Below, one piece after another: positions 24,820 through 36,228 of a stretch of 64,000 nt of DNA. The notes under the pieces were generated by a model. The model had not been told where the DNA came from and made no database searches. It was given only the letters and a program-made list of their open reading frames with translations. Source of the stretch: Ramazzottius varieornatus (Eukaryota; Animalia; Tardigrada). The stretch is from positions 5,384,448-5,448,447 of the forward strand of contig BDGG01000002.1 in assembly GCA_001949185.1 (NCBI GenBank), written 5' to 3'. Within the stretch, counting starts at the first letter, position 1. Each line of letters begins with the position of its first letter. Made by a program: the position numbers and the translations under genes.

Positions 24820-25755
24820 TTAAGCCGCGTTTGCGATGGAGTTTGCACAAAAAGAAAGGACGTCGTCGGTGCATTTGTATGAGCTGAGGATCCGGTTGTG
24901 CAGTTTTGTCGTAACGGCCACCCCGTCACTTCCGCATACATTCTGCATATTAGGCCGGTAGCAGTCGTTGTACTTCTGGATCGAGCTACGAGGATAAACA
25001 AATGAGCACTAGGTATTGGGTCTTCGAGTAAGATACAGAACCCGGAAGTGAGCGATAAACCGTGAACTTACCAGCAAAAATCTCGCTGGAGGTTCTGTCG
25101 GCTGAGGATTCGCTTTGGGGTTTCATGGTTGAATTCACCGCTTGTCTTGGGCATTTTTGCTCGGAGCTCCTCACCACAAGACTTCATAGTGGTATTCATC
25201 TTCTCCGCACAGGAGGCAAATTTTTTGAACTCGTCGAAGCTGGTTGGTTCGTTGCACACATTCAGTAGGTCCACGGTTCCCTGGCCCAAAATATGGAGGT
25301 CATGACCAGCATCTTCGGGCACGCACTTCTTAATCCAAGTATTCATGCAGCCTGCCGTAGTTCCGGCCAGCCTGTTTGAAGAACCAATAATAAATTGCTG
25401 GGACAATCGTTTCCGGTCGAACCTGATCAACTTCACTACGTTTGAACCAGCGTGGTACTATGTATTTTCATTGTGAGCCCACCTTCAACTGTGAAATATC
25501 GATCACGTCGACCTACCGGCAAGCTTTCTCGAAGTCAGGTTGCTGGATAGCTCCGCTTTTCCGGATCTTCATCAGCCGCTGTCCGTCAGCAGACATGACG
25601 AAAGAGATAACAGGTGAGACACAACGGAACATGGCGCTTTCGCTACATCCTGGTTTCAGTATCAGCTCCGGAGGACTGTCGGATCCCTGCGGTCGCCCAA
25701 GGGCCAGCTGGGTCCCTGCGAGAAGCAGAAAACTCCACAAAGCAAGATGGGCCAT
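24820..25755 (-). CDS. Secreted cysteine-rich protein (~235 aa, 14 Cys); 3 exons
   Basis: Signal peptide MAHLALWSFLLLAGTQLALG. Exons join in frame (KACR/LAGTTAGC...DFC/CSIQKYNDCY...SFCANSIANAA*). Confidence 0.8.
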
Positions 25756-26489
25756 CTTCTCAGTTTAAACAAAGCCTTACAGTTCCAAAGCCAAAGAAAC
25801 TCAAGGCACAACTCACGACAAAGAACGAGAACGTCTGCCAGCGTTAGCGTTTGTCACGGGAGACTCGCACTGAATAATGGAACGCACAACCATCATGTCT
25901 TCGACGAAAACGCATGGCCGTTCCTTGCTTGGAGCTTATCTCCATCTCGATAACCATCCTAACCCTCAAAGTACACTGGCACTTGGTGGAGTCATGTAGC
26001 GTTCACGACAGTCCAATAACAATCCGGCGCCATGATTTGTAGCACAGTCCGAGTCTCAGTCTGCTCAGATAAAATCTTGGTTTCATTTGCCCCAGTTGAA
26101 GTTCTGTATTTCCGGCAGTGAGATGACTTTTAGCCACATAGAACCCATCAGTGTCGGCTGTTGTGAGTTAAGTTCATTTTCTATTTAGTTTAGACCATCC
26201 CAGTTTCACATCCTCACAGTAACCGTCATAACTATCAACAATAAGCAGAATAATAAAAGATGCATCATCGCGATAGACTCTTGAACTCCGGAAATAAATG
26301 AATTGATTTAAGAAGAGAACAAAAAATAATTTTGGCATCGGACGAAAAATCGGGCAAGAGCAGCAACTTCAGTATCACTCTAAAATCCTGAGAGCGAAAG
26401 CATGAAACGATCTAACATAACAACCAGTTTACATTTGTTGAGCTCTTCGACTGCTCCGTACCTTGTATGATAGGTGCCGTTTCCACCCG

Positions 26490-29400
26490 CTACGCGCAGG
26501 TAGATTCTGAAGAGCTGACGACATGCGCACTACCTCTACGCTTCCTGGACTCCGACTCGCTGCAGCAGTTAGACCGCTTCACAATCTCATCCGGTTCCGC
26601 CTTCATAATCTTAGATTTCTCCTCTCGAGTGCTCGCTTGTGAAAGCTGTTGGCTCGGCGACAGAGAACCTGTAGGGTGAAAAGAATGAGCAAAGAAGAAA
26701 TAACTCATATGAGTCCCAAGGCAAACAGACTTGACGTGGTCGTTTTCAAGTGGCGCATGATTAAAACGGATAATGCAGGCAACGTGCGTCACTTGGGAAC
26801 AGAATCAGGTCCAGATTGTTTACCGAGCTCCTGTAATTGAGTGTTTTGGACCTACTTGAAGCTGTAGCTTTCGTTGTGGGTATAACATCATCACCATCGG
26901 AGAAATGCCGCTTGGGTACCAGAGGCACCGCAAAGACCGCTTCCGGATGGCTTTCATCGGAGTTTGTTTTCGTCAGCTGCTTCACCGGTATCATTTCGGG
27001 GTTTTTGGCTTCTTCGGGCGGGTTGACCGGGACATGTTCCGCCGACCCAGCAGAAGAGATCGAGAGAGACAATGGCGGGTAGTTTTCCGACTCTGAAGCG
27101 TAAACGGCACTGGAGGATGCGTCTTCCGCATGGCTGCTCTTTTGTCCCGCAGGAGGGCGCCTCCTAATCTGGATGGCGGTCAGATCTAGAGGCTTCCTAC
27201 GAGCGGGCCGCTTTCTTGCTGTCACACATTCGTCCTCGCTGGAAAGCATAATCTTCTCAATTTCTTGCTCGCGACGCTTTCTTTCCGCAATCTTTCGACG
27301 ACGTCTTTCGATCTCGTCGCCTACCACTGCCTTGGCTCTCTTTCTTTGTGGCTCCCTCTGTGGTGCACCCATCACTGAAACCACAGAATAACTTTGCTTT
27401 TATTCTTGTTCAAGATAATTAAAAGTACGTTGTAAAAGAAGAGGAACAAGAGAAGCCAACGAAGTACCTGCCGTCAGAAAAACTGCACCAGAAAACCTAC
27501 CTTTAGGCGCAGGATCGTTCGGAAGGTCCTCGAGCTGTGCATACTTCCGACTCCTCTTCTCCAGGAACTCTTTCGCTTGGACTGACTGTCGAGCCATCTT
27601 CCCCTTTCCCGTTCCGGATATCTGAGTGGCTGTTCGCTTCCCTACTCGTGGCGACGTTTGTTCCGCGACTCCTTCGACCAAGCCCACCGCAGCCTTCGTC
27701 ACTTTTGTCTCCTGGACTGACACCTCCAAAGCCCTTTCCATCTGCGGTACACTCCTCTTCAATATTTCCGAGCAGACATTCGATTCTCGAAGAGCTCGAT
27801 CCGCGCTTTTGGCTCTATCGGGTCTGTCAGAGAGGGACAGGCTCTGGAAAAAGACCTGTGCGCTTTCGAGGTCCTTGATGGCCTGGGACAGTTCGTCTAC
27901 AGAAATCACAGTGCCAGTCTGGCCTTTGCGGAGAGTCGCCACAGCGGCCGTCTTTAGAACGTTGGCCAGGTTGAATTGTGCGCGAGACATCAGAGCGACG
28001 AACACCGGGTTCTCTGGTTCGATCTGTACGGCTTGACTGTACATTTCTACGGCTTTCTCGAAGTCTTTCCGGGTGGAGAAAACGTTACCGGCATTGAGCC
28101 ATGCATCAGCGTAAGCCGGGCTGGTTTCTTGTACGAGCTTGAACATCTCTAGTCCAACATCACCTGAACAAACACTCTGCTATATATACAGTAACAATTT
28201 ATATTTCAACTATCAAATTTTAATGAAGCAGTTTTCGAATACGTCAATCTTGTAAATAATCACAGCCTTACCGTTATTGGCCAAAATTACGCCCATGCCG
28301 TTCACTGCATATGGTGTGGTTGGGTCGATCTCGAGGACTTTACGGAAAGTCGTATAAGCTGTTTGAGCCCATTCATTTTTCACGGTAGGACTGTTTTCCC
28401 CATGGAAAAGTTCTAGACAGGCATTCCCGAACTTGAGCATTGTAAAGATGTCGTTACGCGCATCTGGACCGGACCGCAGTGCTTGTTCATAATTGTCATG
28501 GGCTTCTTCGAGTTTCTTTTCAGCCATCAGGAAATCACCCTTTAGAACCAGAAGACTGGAGTTCGAAGGGTTCATCCCCAGAGCAGAGTCCAGAAATGCG
28601 CGGGCTCGAACAGAGTTCCCTGCTCGAAACTCCAGCTGAGCTAACCGCACACATGCGTCAATGTAATGCGGATGTTCCTGAAAAAGCAAAAATAACAGAG
28701 AATTAACACTTGCGAGCAGCAATCGAACCAAACATCTGACTTGAAGAACGATGGCATATTCATCTCCTGCTGCTTCCAGTTCGCCGAGTGCTTCATAGAT
28801 CCTGGCACTGTTGTACAATAATGTGGCTTCCGAAGCTCTACATTCCCCATTGGCCTGGATCATGGCACCGAAAGCCAGGTCCGAGAACTTTCTGCTGTTG
28901 TGGAAGTCTCGCAGAACGAAGTATAGAGTAGAGATGTTGTTAAGCAGCTCCACCGGCGGAGAGATCTTTGACTTTTCGTACTTTCCAAGAAGCTCTAGTG
29001 AGTACTTTAGCGCCCTTGGTTGGTCATCTCGCTCGCAAACCTGAGCCAAGACCAACAGAACATCTCCATCGCCTGGAGAAGCTCTCAAAAATTCCTCTAA
29101 AGAGCGTCGAGCCTCGGCCGTAGAATTCAACCGGAAGTGCGTGAAACCCAACAGACGAAGTACGTCAGCGTTTTCAGGATGCGTTGCCAAAAGCTGCTGG
29201 AAACAGCAGACAGCCTTCTGGAACTGATTTTTGTAAATATGTGCTTGTCCCAGTCCGAACAACGCCAAAGAGTTATGGTCCCCCATCCAGTGAACTGCTG
29301 CTTCATAGTAGACAGCGGCGGAACTAAACTCGTTTTGATCATGGAATCTTCGTCCAACGCGGTATGCTATTCTGCCTTTGAGCTGGTTAGGCTGTCGACA

Positions 29401-29927
29401 GGAAAACACAACGTCCGCCAGCTCGCAGACTGCTTCGATATCTTCCGCAGCGCACAGATCGTCACACAGGAAGCCTAACTGCATACAAGTATCGCTACCA
29501 CCTGAGGAGAGCAAAGCATAAAATGATGCCAGAGACTCCTCCGTGTGTCCTTGGAGAAACTTTATGGCAGCTAAACCGACTCTGGCCCCTTCAGAAGACG
29601 TATCGAGTTGGAGAGTCCGCTGGTAAGCGAGTGCGGCTTTGGTGAGGTTACCAAGTTTGAAAAAACAGTTCCCCATGGCCAACCTGAAACCGTCACAGAT
29701 AACCACAGATGCACCGTGGATCCATACAGAATAAGATCTTGTTCAGCCTTTGTTATATCACGTTGATGAGTGATGACTTACCGATGCTCTGGAGAGATGT
29801 CTGAGTAGTCGCGCAGCAGCTGTTTAAGATACTCAAGACAGCCTGCATAGTCGCCTCTTTCGTAACAGCTAGTTGCTTCCAAACGGAGCGTCATGGGATC
29901 CGAGTGACTCGATCCTGTTTGCTCCAT
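26490..29927 (-). CDS. CTR9: CTR9-like TPR protein (Paf1 complex), divergent and apparently N-terminally shortened
   Basis: R/LAMGNCFFKLGNLTKAALAYQRTLQLD, LALFGLGQAHIY, PPVELLNNISTLYF, TLLYNSARIYEALG, EHPHYIDACVRL and YAVNGMGVILA are collinear with CTR9 TPRs. Charged low-complexity tail. Start and last exon uncertain. Confidence 0.75.
26713..26830. repeat. Palindromic intronic repeat, family A copy 2 (CTR9-like last intron)
   Basis: ccaaggcaaacagacttgacgtggtcgttttcaagtggcgcatg...cgtgcgtcacttgggaac...tgtttaccgag. Confidence 0.8.
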
Positions 29928-30910
29928 GTTCCGCAAAGTGTCTTCAGGAGCAGTTTGGGTTCCCACCTGTTGGACGGTCTGCACCAATCTGAGCTAAGGG
30001 ACGTTGATACGATGTTAAGCAGCGCCTGTCAGCTCCCTGCTACGGCACTCCAGTTCATAAATATCGACGGCAGGTGTTGATGTCGCTGCTGAAGATTTAC
30101 TCAACCGGACTCGTTGCGACGGATGGCGCGTATCGTATCCCAATGTCAGGAAGACACTACGGCCATCACAACGCAAGATGTTCTCGCTTCGAGTACACAG
30201 AGTTCGCCTCAGCCTCCACGCTCCGTATACGACATCCACCTGGATGACCTATAATGAAAAAAGGGCAAAACCAATAGTTAATAGCACTACAAATCCTAGG
30301 CACAGTGAAGATCTGAGTTATCCGACGTCCGGAATCCGGGGAAACGGAAGTGGTCCGATCAAAGATATGATGGATCATATCACCAAACATAATTCTACAG
30401 TACGAGTACTATTTACATACTGTATGTGTTAATTAACAGTTAAGAGTGACGTCATTGTTGTACCAGTTACTCCTGGTTGATTGATATATGGCTTGATTGG
30501 CCATCGTAATGCCCATTGTATCAGACTGTCAGTTTAACTCCAGTTTCTAGATTACCTGTCCGGACTCCAGAACCATGTTCTTCCAGAATCCCTGAATTCC
30601 TTCTGCTTCTTCTTGCACCTGCCGACCACGAAGGACAAAGGGAAGAGGGTTCGGCATTGTAGTACTGAGGAACAACGATTAACGAGGCTCGTGACTGTCC
30701 AAGTGTCAAAGGAGTATCCGTTACGTCAACGATTATCGTGGCATGATATCTGTCTGCTGTGCTAATTAGCAAGGAACCTAGTTTACGATATCGGAACTCT
30801 CTGCACGGAAGTCTTTACGATTGTCACAAACCGGTCAAACCCTACTACGTTCCTGATACCAGTGGAGCTATCACGGATTCTGTTTACGGTGCGACTGGAG
30901 CGGCGGGAAG

Positions 30911-33900
30911 ATGGTGGAGGACGTGGGAACGGAGCTTGTGGATCATGATGCTGCCCTGATAGATATCCGCACACTGCACTTTCTCTATCCAGAGATTGCG
31001 GTGCTATGTCAACGTGGCGGTTGGCAGGCAATTACCGAATCTGCGCTGGCTGCTTTGGTCGACGTCAAGGATCGATTCACCAGAAACTTGGCTGGAAGAG
31101 CAGCGCGTTACGCTGATTTAGGTAAGTACGGGTCATTCAGTCAGTTTAGAGACATGATATTGTGTATGTGGGTTACTAACTTTCGTAGCTGGTCGAAACG
31201 AAGTGGCCGTTCCGGACTTCGTGGTAGCATACCGGGACATTGTGGGAGCAGATGGCTTGAAAGATCTGCGTCACTACTGCGAAAGTATCTCACAGTCGAC
31301 GGTTATAGACTCAGGCTTGAAAGAAGCAGACTTTCCTTTCTCCTCACGGACTGTTTCACATGCGGACTTTAGAAGTATGAACACCTCGGTCGATTCCATT
31401 GATTCTACCCTGTCGCATAGTGGAAGCCTCTCGAAGGACAGCGACATCGCGAGTCATTTCGACACCGACATCATGTGGCCACCAATAGGTCCATCACCCC
31501 AAGAGGTTGCTCCTTCGAAGAAAGCAGAAGACGGTACAAAGGCTCCTTCAACGCCCGGAAGTACGTTAGTCATTCGTGCTGATGAGGAAGATGACTCTGA
31601 ACTGCAAATGGAAAATAGTCTGCCTAAACGGACACATCTGTAAGACCGACTTCCGATTGAGGAAACTAGCTTAGAAATGACTGTTAGGTAGGGTGATTTC
31701 TTGTTGTAGGACCAGTCTTCCTGTCGTCGCTCTTCGTCAGCTCAAGTCCTTCGCCATAGGTCCCGATGGTCAGGTGACGTTCCTGAAAGAGCCGAAGGTG
31801 CCTTCGGCCAAGCTGCCAACAGAGACATCACCCAAGAAAGCCCCAAAGCCTGTTCAAGAACCGATAACAGTCCCGGCAGATCAGCCGCTAGTTAAGTATA
31901 AGAAAAGCAAGGAGTCCAGAAAGAAACACCTTCCAGACATAACTGTGGCAGATCATACTGAACCATCGCATAGGTTCGTGGAAGACGTGCCTGTCATCAA
32001 CGATAACGAGTCGTGGAAAATCAGAGCGAAACCTTCAAGTAAGAAAGACAAGCCTCCGAAGTCAGTGGAGGATAGTACAGGGAGTTCGAAGAGGAATAGT
32101 GTACATCACATAGCAGATATCAAGGGGGAACAACCAGAACATCCAAAGTCTGTCAAGATGACGTTCCCAGTTCCGCCAGAAAAGCCCAAACTGAATATTA
32201 AATTCAGCAAGCACAATTTTGAGTTACCGCATGCAAGAGACGAAGTTGCGGTTGAACAACACCATGAGAAAGAGAAGAAAGCAAAGAGTAAGAGGCCAGA
32301 CAGGGACGAGGACAAAGAAACGAAAAAAGAGATCCAGAGGAATAAAGAGCGACAGCTCGAGAAGGAACTGGAGATGGCGGTGAAGACCAAGAGGCCTTCG
32401 TTGGATGCTCCGGACGTGGAAGTGAAGAAGCACAAGAAAGGCGAAAGATCGTCTGAAGCTTCACCGGCGTACTATCATTCCCAGCAAGAATCACCGCGGA
32501 TCGTAACTCCTTACCACGACGTACCGGCGGAGACGGAAGAGAGAAGTAAGAAATCGCATAAAAAGCGAAAGGAAAGGAAACACGAAGAAGCTCCAGTGCC
32601 GCATAACAGCAAGTCCAAGCACGGAAAAGCCGAACTACAGGAAGAGGCGAGGTCCCAGAAGTACCATGACGGTACTCTGGACGAGCCGACTAAGAAGAGA
32701 AGCGAGCATGAAGCACTTGTCGCTTCGGTTCCGCCTACTTCCGCCCAGGTGCGTACTATCGTCTTGTTGCAACTCAACTGGAAAAGTTTCAGAATGACAG
32801 ATTAGATACTCAAATTTTCTGCAGGTTCCGTCGACTTTCGCGGGCATACCTGCTGTGAATCCAGCGATACCGAAGCTCAAGTTGAAGTTCGGTGGAAAGA
32901 AGTTGATGAGGTGTGTTCCAGCACTTTTGATTTCTGCCGGCTGCTTGCGGTAAACGGTTAATTTTACGTTTTATTCAGGATCGCTGATACTCCTGTCAAA
33001 CAAGAAATTCCTGAGCCGCAGCCATCGCCTCAATCGAGGTCGCCACGCGTAGTGCTGCCACCTGTACAAGCACCCATAGTACCTCCGGCGTTCCCGTTAG
33101 ACATGAGCCGGAAGAAATCAGCTCCAGTGCCGGAGTTCGCCACTAGTGCTCCACTGGACTTGTCCATGAGCAGTCGGGCACCTCCACCAAAGGAAGTGAA
33201 AGAACCGAAGCAGCATCAAGAACCAAAAGAAATAGCGCCTCCTGTGAAGGCCCAACCTGTCCCTGTCAAGAAAGAATCGAAGCGGTCAATGGGCAGTCAT
33301 ATGCCCAGTCGGGCCTCCATGGTTGGCCACACGGTAAGTTAACCGGGGACAAACAGAGATACAAAATCACCTTATCAGTTACCACCAAAAATGGGAGATT
33401 GGCAAACGAAATGTACAAATCGTTATTTTCAATTGGCGTACGTTTCCAGCCTGTGTCAATTAAAGAGCGCGCCACTTGGAATGACGGTCGGGCAAGCGTC
33501 GTTGTCCAGCCTTCCGATTAAGGGGAAGGTTATTAGATTTTTAGTGACCTGGGATGAAGTGATTAAGCTAAAGGTTTTGGTATTTCCAGAAGGAGGTGAA
33601 GGTGCCGACACCACCACCCCCAATTCCTGGACCGATCGCCATCAAGGACGTCAAAGATGTTCTGGCGCCCATCATCACAGATCACGTGCCTCTGATCAAG
33701 GTTATAATACAAGAACAGCAGCAGGACAAGGTCTGGATCTGTCCTGCTTGCAAGCGACCTGATGACGGAGTCTCGGAGATGGTAGGGTGTGATGGCTGCG
33801 ACGAGTGGTATCACTGGGTTTGTGTCGGCTTGACGTCCGAGCCGGCTTCGGACAAATGGTACTGTCCGAAATGTTTAGCAAAGTTGATGGCTAAATCTAA

Positions 33901-33919
33901 GAAGCCTAAAAGGAAGTGA
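30911..33919 (+). CDS. TAF3: TFIID subunit TAF3 (N-terminal BTP histone fold, Lys/Glu-rich middle, C-terminal PHD)
   Basis: [24 protein letters not shown]...YADLA/GRNE; [37 protein letters not shown]...WYCPKC. Confidence 0.92.
33394..33515. repeat. Palindromic intronic repeat, family A copy 3 (TAF3 last intron; degenerate)
   Basis: ggcaaacgaaatgtacaaatcgttattttcaattggcgtacg...gcgcgccacttggaatgacg...cgttgtcc. Confidence 0.65.
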
Positions 33920-34268
33920 AATTGGTCGTTTCGAGCCGTGTTGCTCGGGTATTCTTACGCAGCTGTGTTCTGTTCTCTTTTCGAAATTTTCTATTTGTTT
34001 AATCAGCTTTAAGTACTGTTATTGCGGCGCACTACCCTGTACCGTCTGCCGTCTGCGAGATGTTTTTCGAACGTTCCATTTCGTTTTAGTATTGATAACC
34101 GTAACTCACTCTGCTGATCTACAGTCAAAATATTTCGTTTTGTGGTGTTCGCTGTTCGGTATTAGGTTCGTGAAAGAAAATGTCGACAGAGGGCGCTGTG
34201 GTCCACAAACCAAGTCCCTATAGAGAATGGGACACAGATGCCGATGGAAATAGCAAGGAGGCTCAAGG

Positions 34269-35444
34269 TTAGACACTTGCAATGGAATCTCGCGCTATTG
34301 ATAGCCGTCCGTTTCTTAGTTTGAATAGCTCGTCAAAATGGATGCGGTTTTCGTGGGTTGTCATTCGACGGGTGGATATAGAAGCCGGGTTCAGGAACAC
34401 CGACTGCCGCCGTGCTGACGGTGCGGGATGGTTGAACTCGGGAAGATCCTCGTCGTTGTTCCGCATGGATGCCCCGGACAAACTGAAGCGTGCAGCACCG
34501 CTTGCTCCATTAGGCATGAAGATAATGCTGCGACCGCCGAGTGATCGTCGCGGTCCATTGGTGACCGTGGCGGAAATGACTGCATTTCGTAAGGCAAACG
34601 CTTTGTCGTACCGCATGAGGAACTTGTAGTCAAAGTATCGTGGTTCAATGACGCGAATCTTTTTCCACGATAGGCAAAATGCGAAGATGGCCACCACCCA
34701 GAACGCCAGAACGAGACTGACAATCACAATTTCCTCCGTCCTAACACCGGTCCATCCGTATGGGTCCTTGGACCAGTCGATCGACCCATTGAAAGCATCT
34801 AAATATCAATAAAGAACAAAAAGGCTCAGAACAGTACAATGGAAACCAACACAAATTGCTTTCCGCATTACGTACCGGAAATATGGGACAGGTTTAACTG
34901 AAAATATGTGGAAGCACTTTCTTCACTCAGGACCATATCCTCGTCTCCGCTTTGAACGATGACTTCATAAGAGCCCTTCGACAGCCTGTCGAACTTGACT
35001 TGCATGAGTAGGGGAAAGGGAGTTGCAGGTAAGGGAACATCTTCCATTAGTCGGAAAGTTTTGTGAGCCGGTGTCAAAGTCACTCGAGAAAAGGACGTGG
35101 AAGACGCAAATGGAAGGGTCCAGTAAACTTTGACGGCGCTGTCTGACAACACAGAGACCGCTAAATCGGTAGGAGGGGCGAGATATCCATGAGCTTCCGG
35201 CACGCAGCAATATAATACTGTCAGCGATGTTAGCTGTCGTAAAACTGAAAGGAAGAAAAATAAAGGCAATGATCCGTCTGATGAAAGACATGACGAAAAT
35301 TCTTATGCACAGACGTAGGCAATAATCGGTTCGCTATGGGACCATACACAACACCAATTTCAGCTCCAACAGCTGTTGGAAGTCCCTGGAGACCTCACTC
35401 TGTGCGCGCGAGGAAGCGGCTCGAAAAAGCAATATATATCGCAT
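34269..35444 (-). CDS. Single-pass membrane protein with one FN3 domain, FNDC4/FNDC5 (irisin precursor)-like; 3 exons
   Basis: APPTDLAVSVLSDSAVKVYW...FDRLSKGSYEVIVQS (FN3); VRTEEIVIVSLVLAFWVVAIFAFCLSWKKIRVIEP resembles the FNDC4/5 TM and juxtamembrane signature. First exon uncertain. Confidence 0.7.
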
Positions 35445-36228
35445 AACGTTACATGACAAACAAATTTATCTGTCTCTGAAAGATGTTGGCAAACAGAGCA
35501 CCTCACAAAATCACTTCCCAAAGTCGTACATGGCGTAATATGAAAATTGAGTGTGGCGCCAAACAAGCACGCGGGGGCCTACCGTTGACAAAGTGATAAT
35601 GTCCTCCGGGGAACCAAGAACAAACAACACACATCCTTCCGGACATTTCCCTCGAGGAAATAAGTGACTAGTTTATACTTCGTCACTCTGCTCGGATCTA
35701 ATCAGGCTCGAGCAATCTCGGCAGCTGAGCCTGTACGGATGCTCTGATGCTTTTCGCTCTGGCGCATAGTTCGAAACGAAAGCGAGCTGCGAAGAGGAAC
35801 GCTATGGAGATATTATAGAGAGCGAGTGGCTCACGGGATGTGTCGCTACGTCAAAAGCCCGACGATTTATGGAAATGTATCGTTCGATGAAGCGTTTCGG
35901 GAGTTTACACACTGCACGCCAAAAAGCTATTTGAAGTGTTTGTTCTTTTAGCCCAAGTACTCGACGAGGGCGGCGAAATGTCGCCACACTCCGTCTAAAA
36001 CCCCGTACGGCAGCTACGAACAATCCAATAATTTTACAGAAAACGAAGCTCCAGTGCGTCACTCTACCTTTCGTGTACATCATTTATGTATCCATTAAAA
36101 ACGCAGACTGGACGGGCTTTGCACGTCTGGAAATCAATAAGGTAAAAACCGCGAAATATTTCTACAAGGCCGAACAAATTTTTCGGTCCTCCCATGGAAC
36201 CTGCTGTCAGGCTGCTGACGTTCAGCTC

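Noticed and set aside
35282-35292. 11-nt identity to the miR-71 5' end
   Set aside because: Intronic, with no hairpin precursor; expected by chance.
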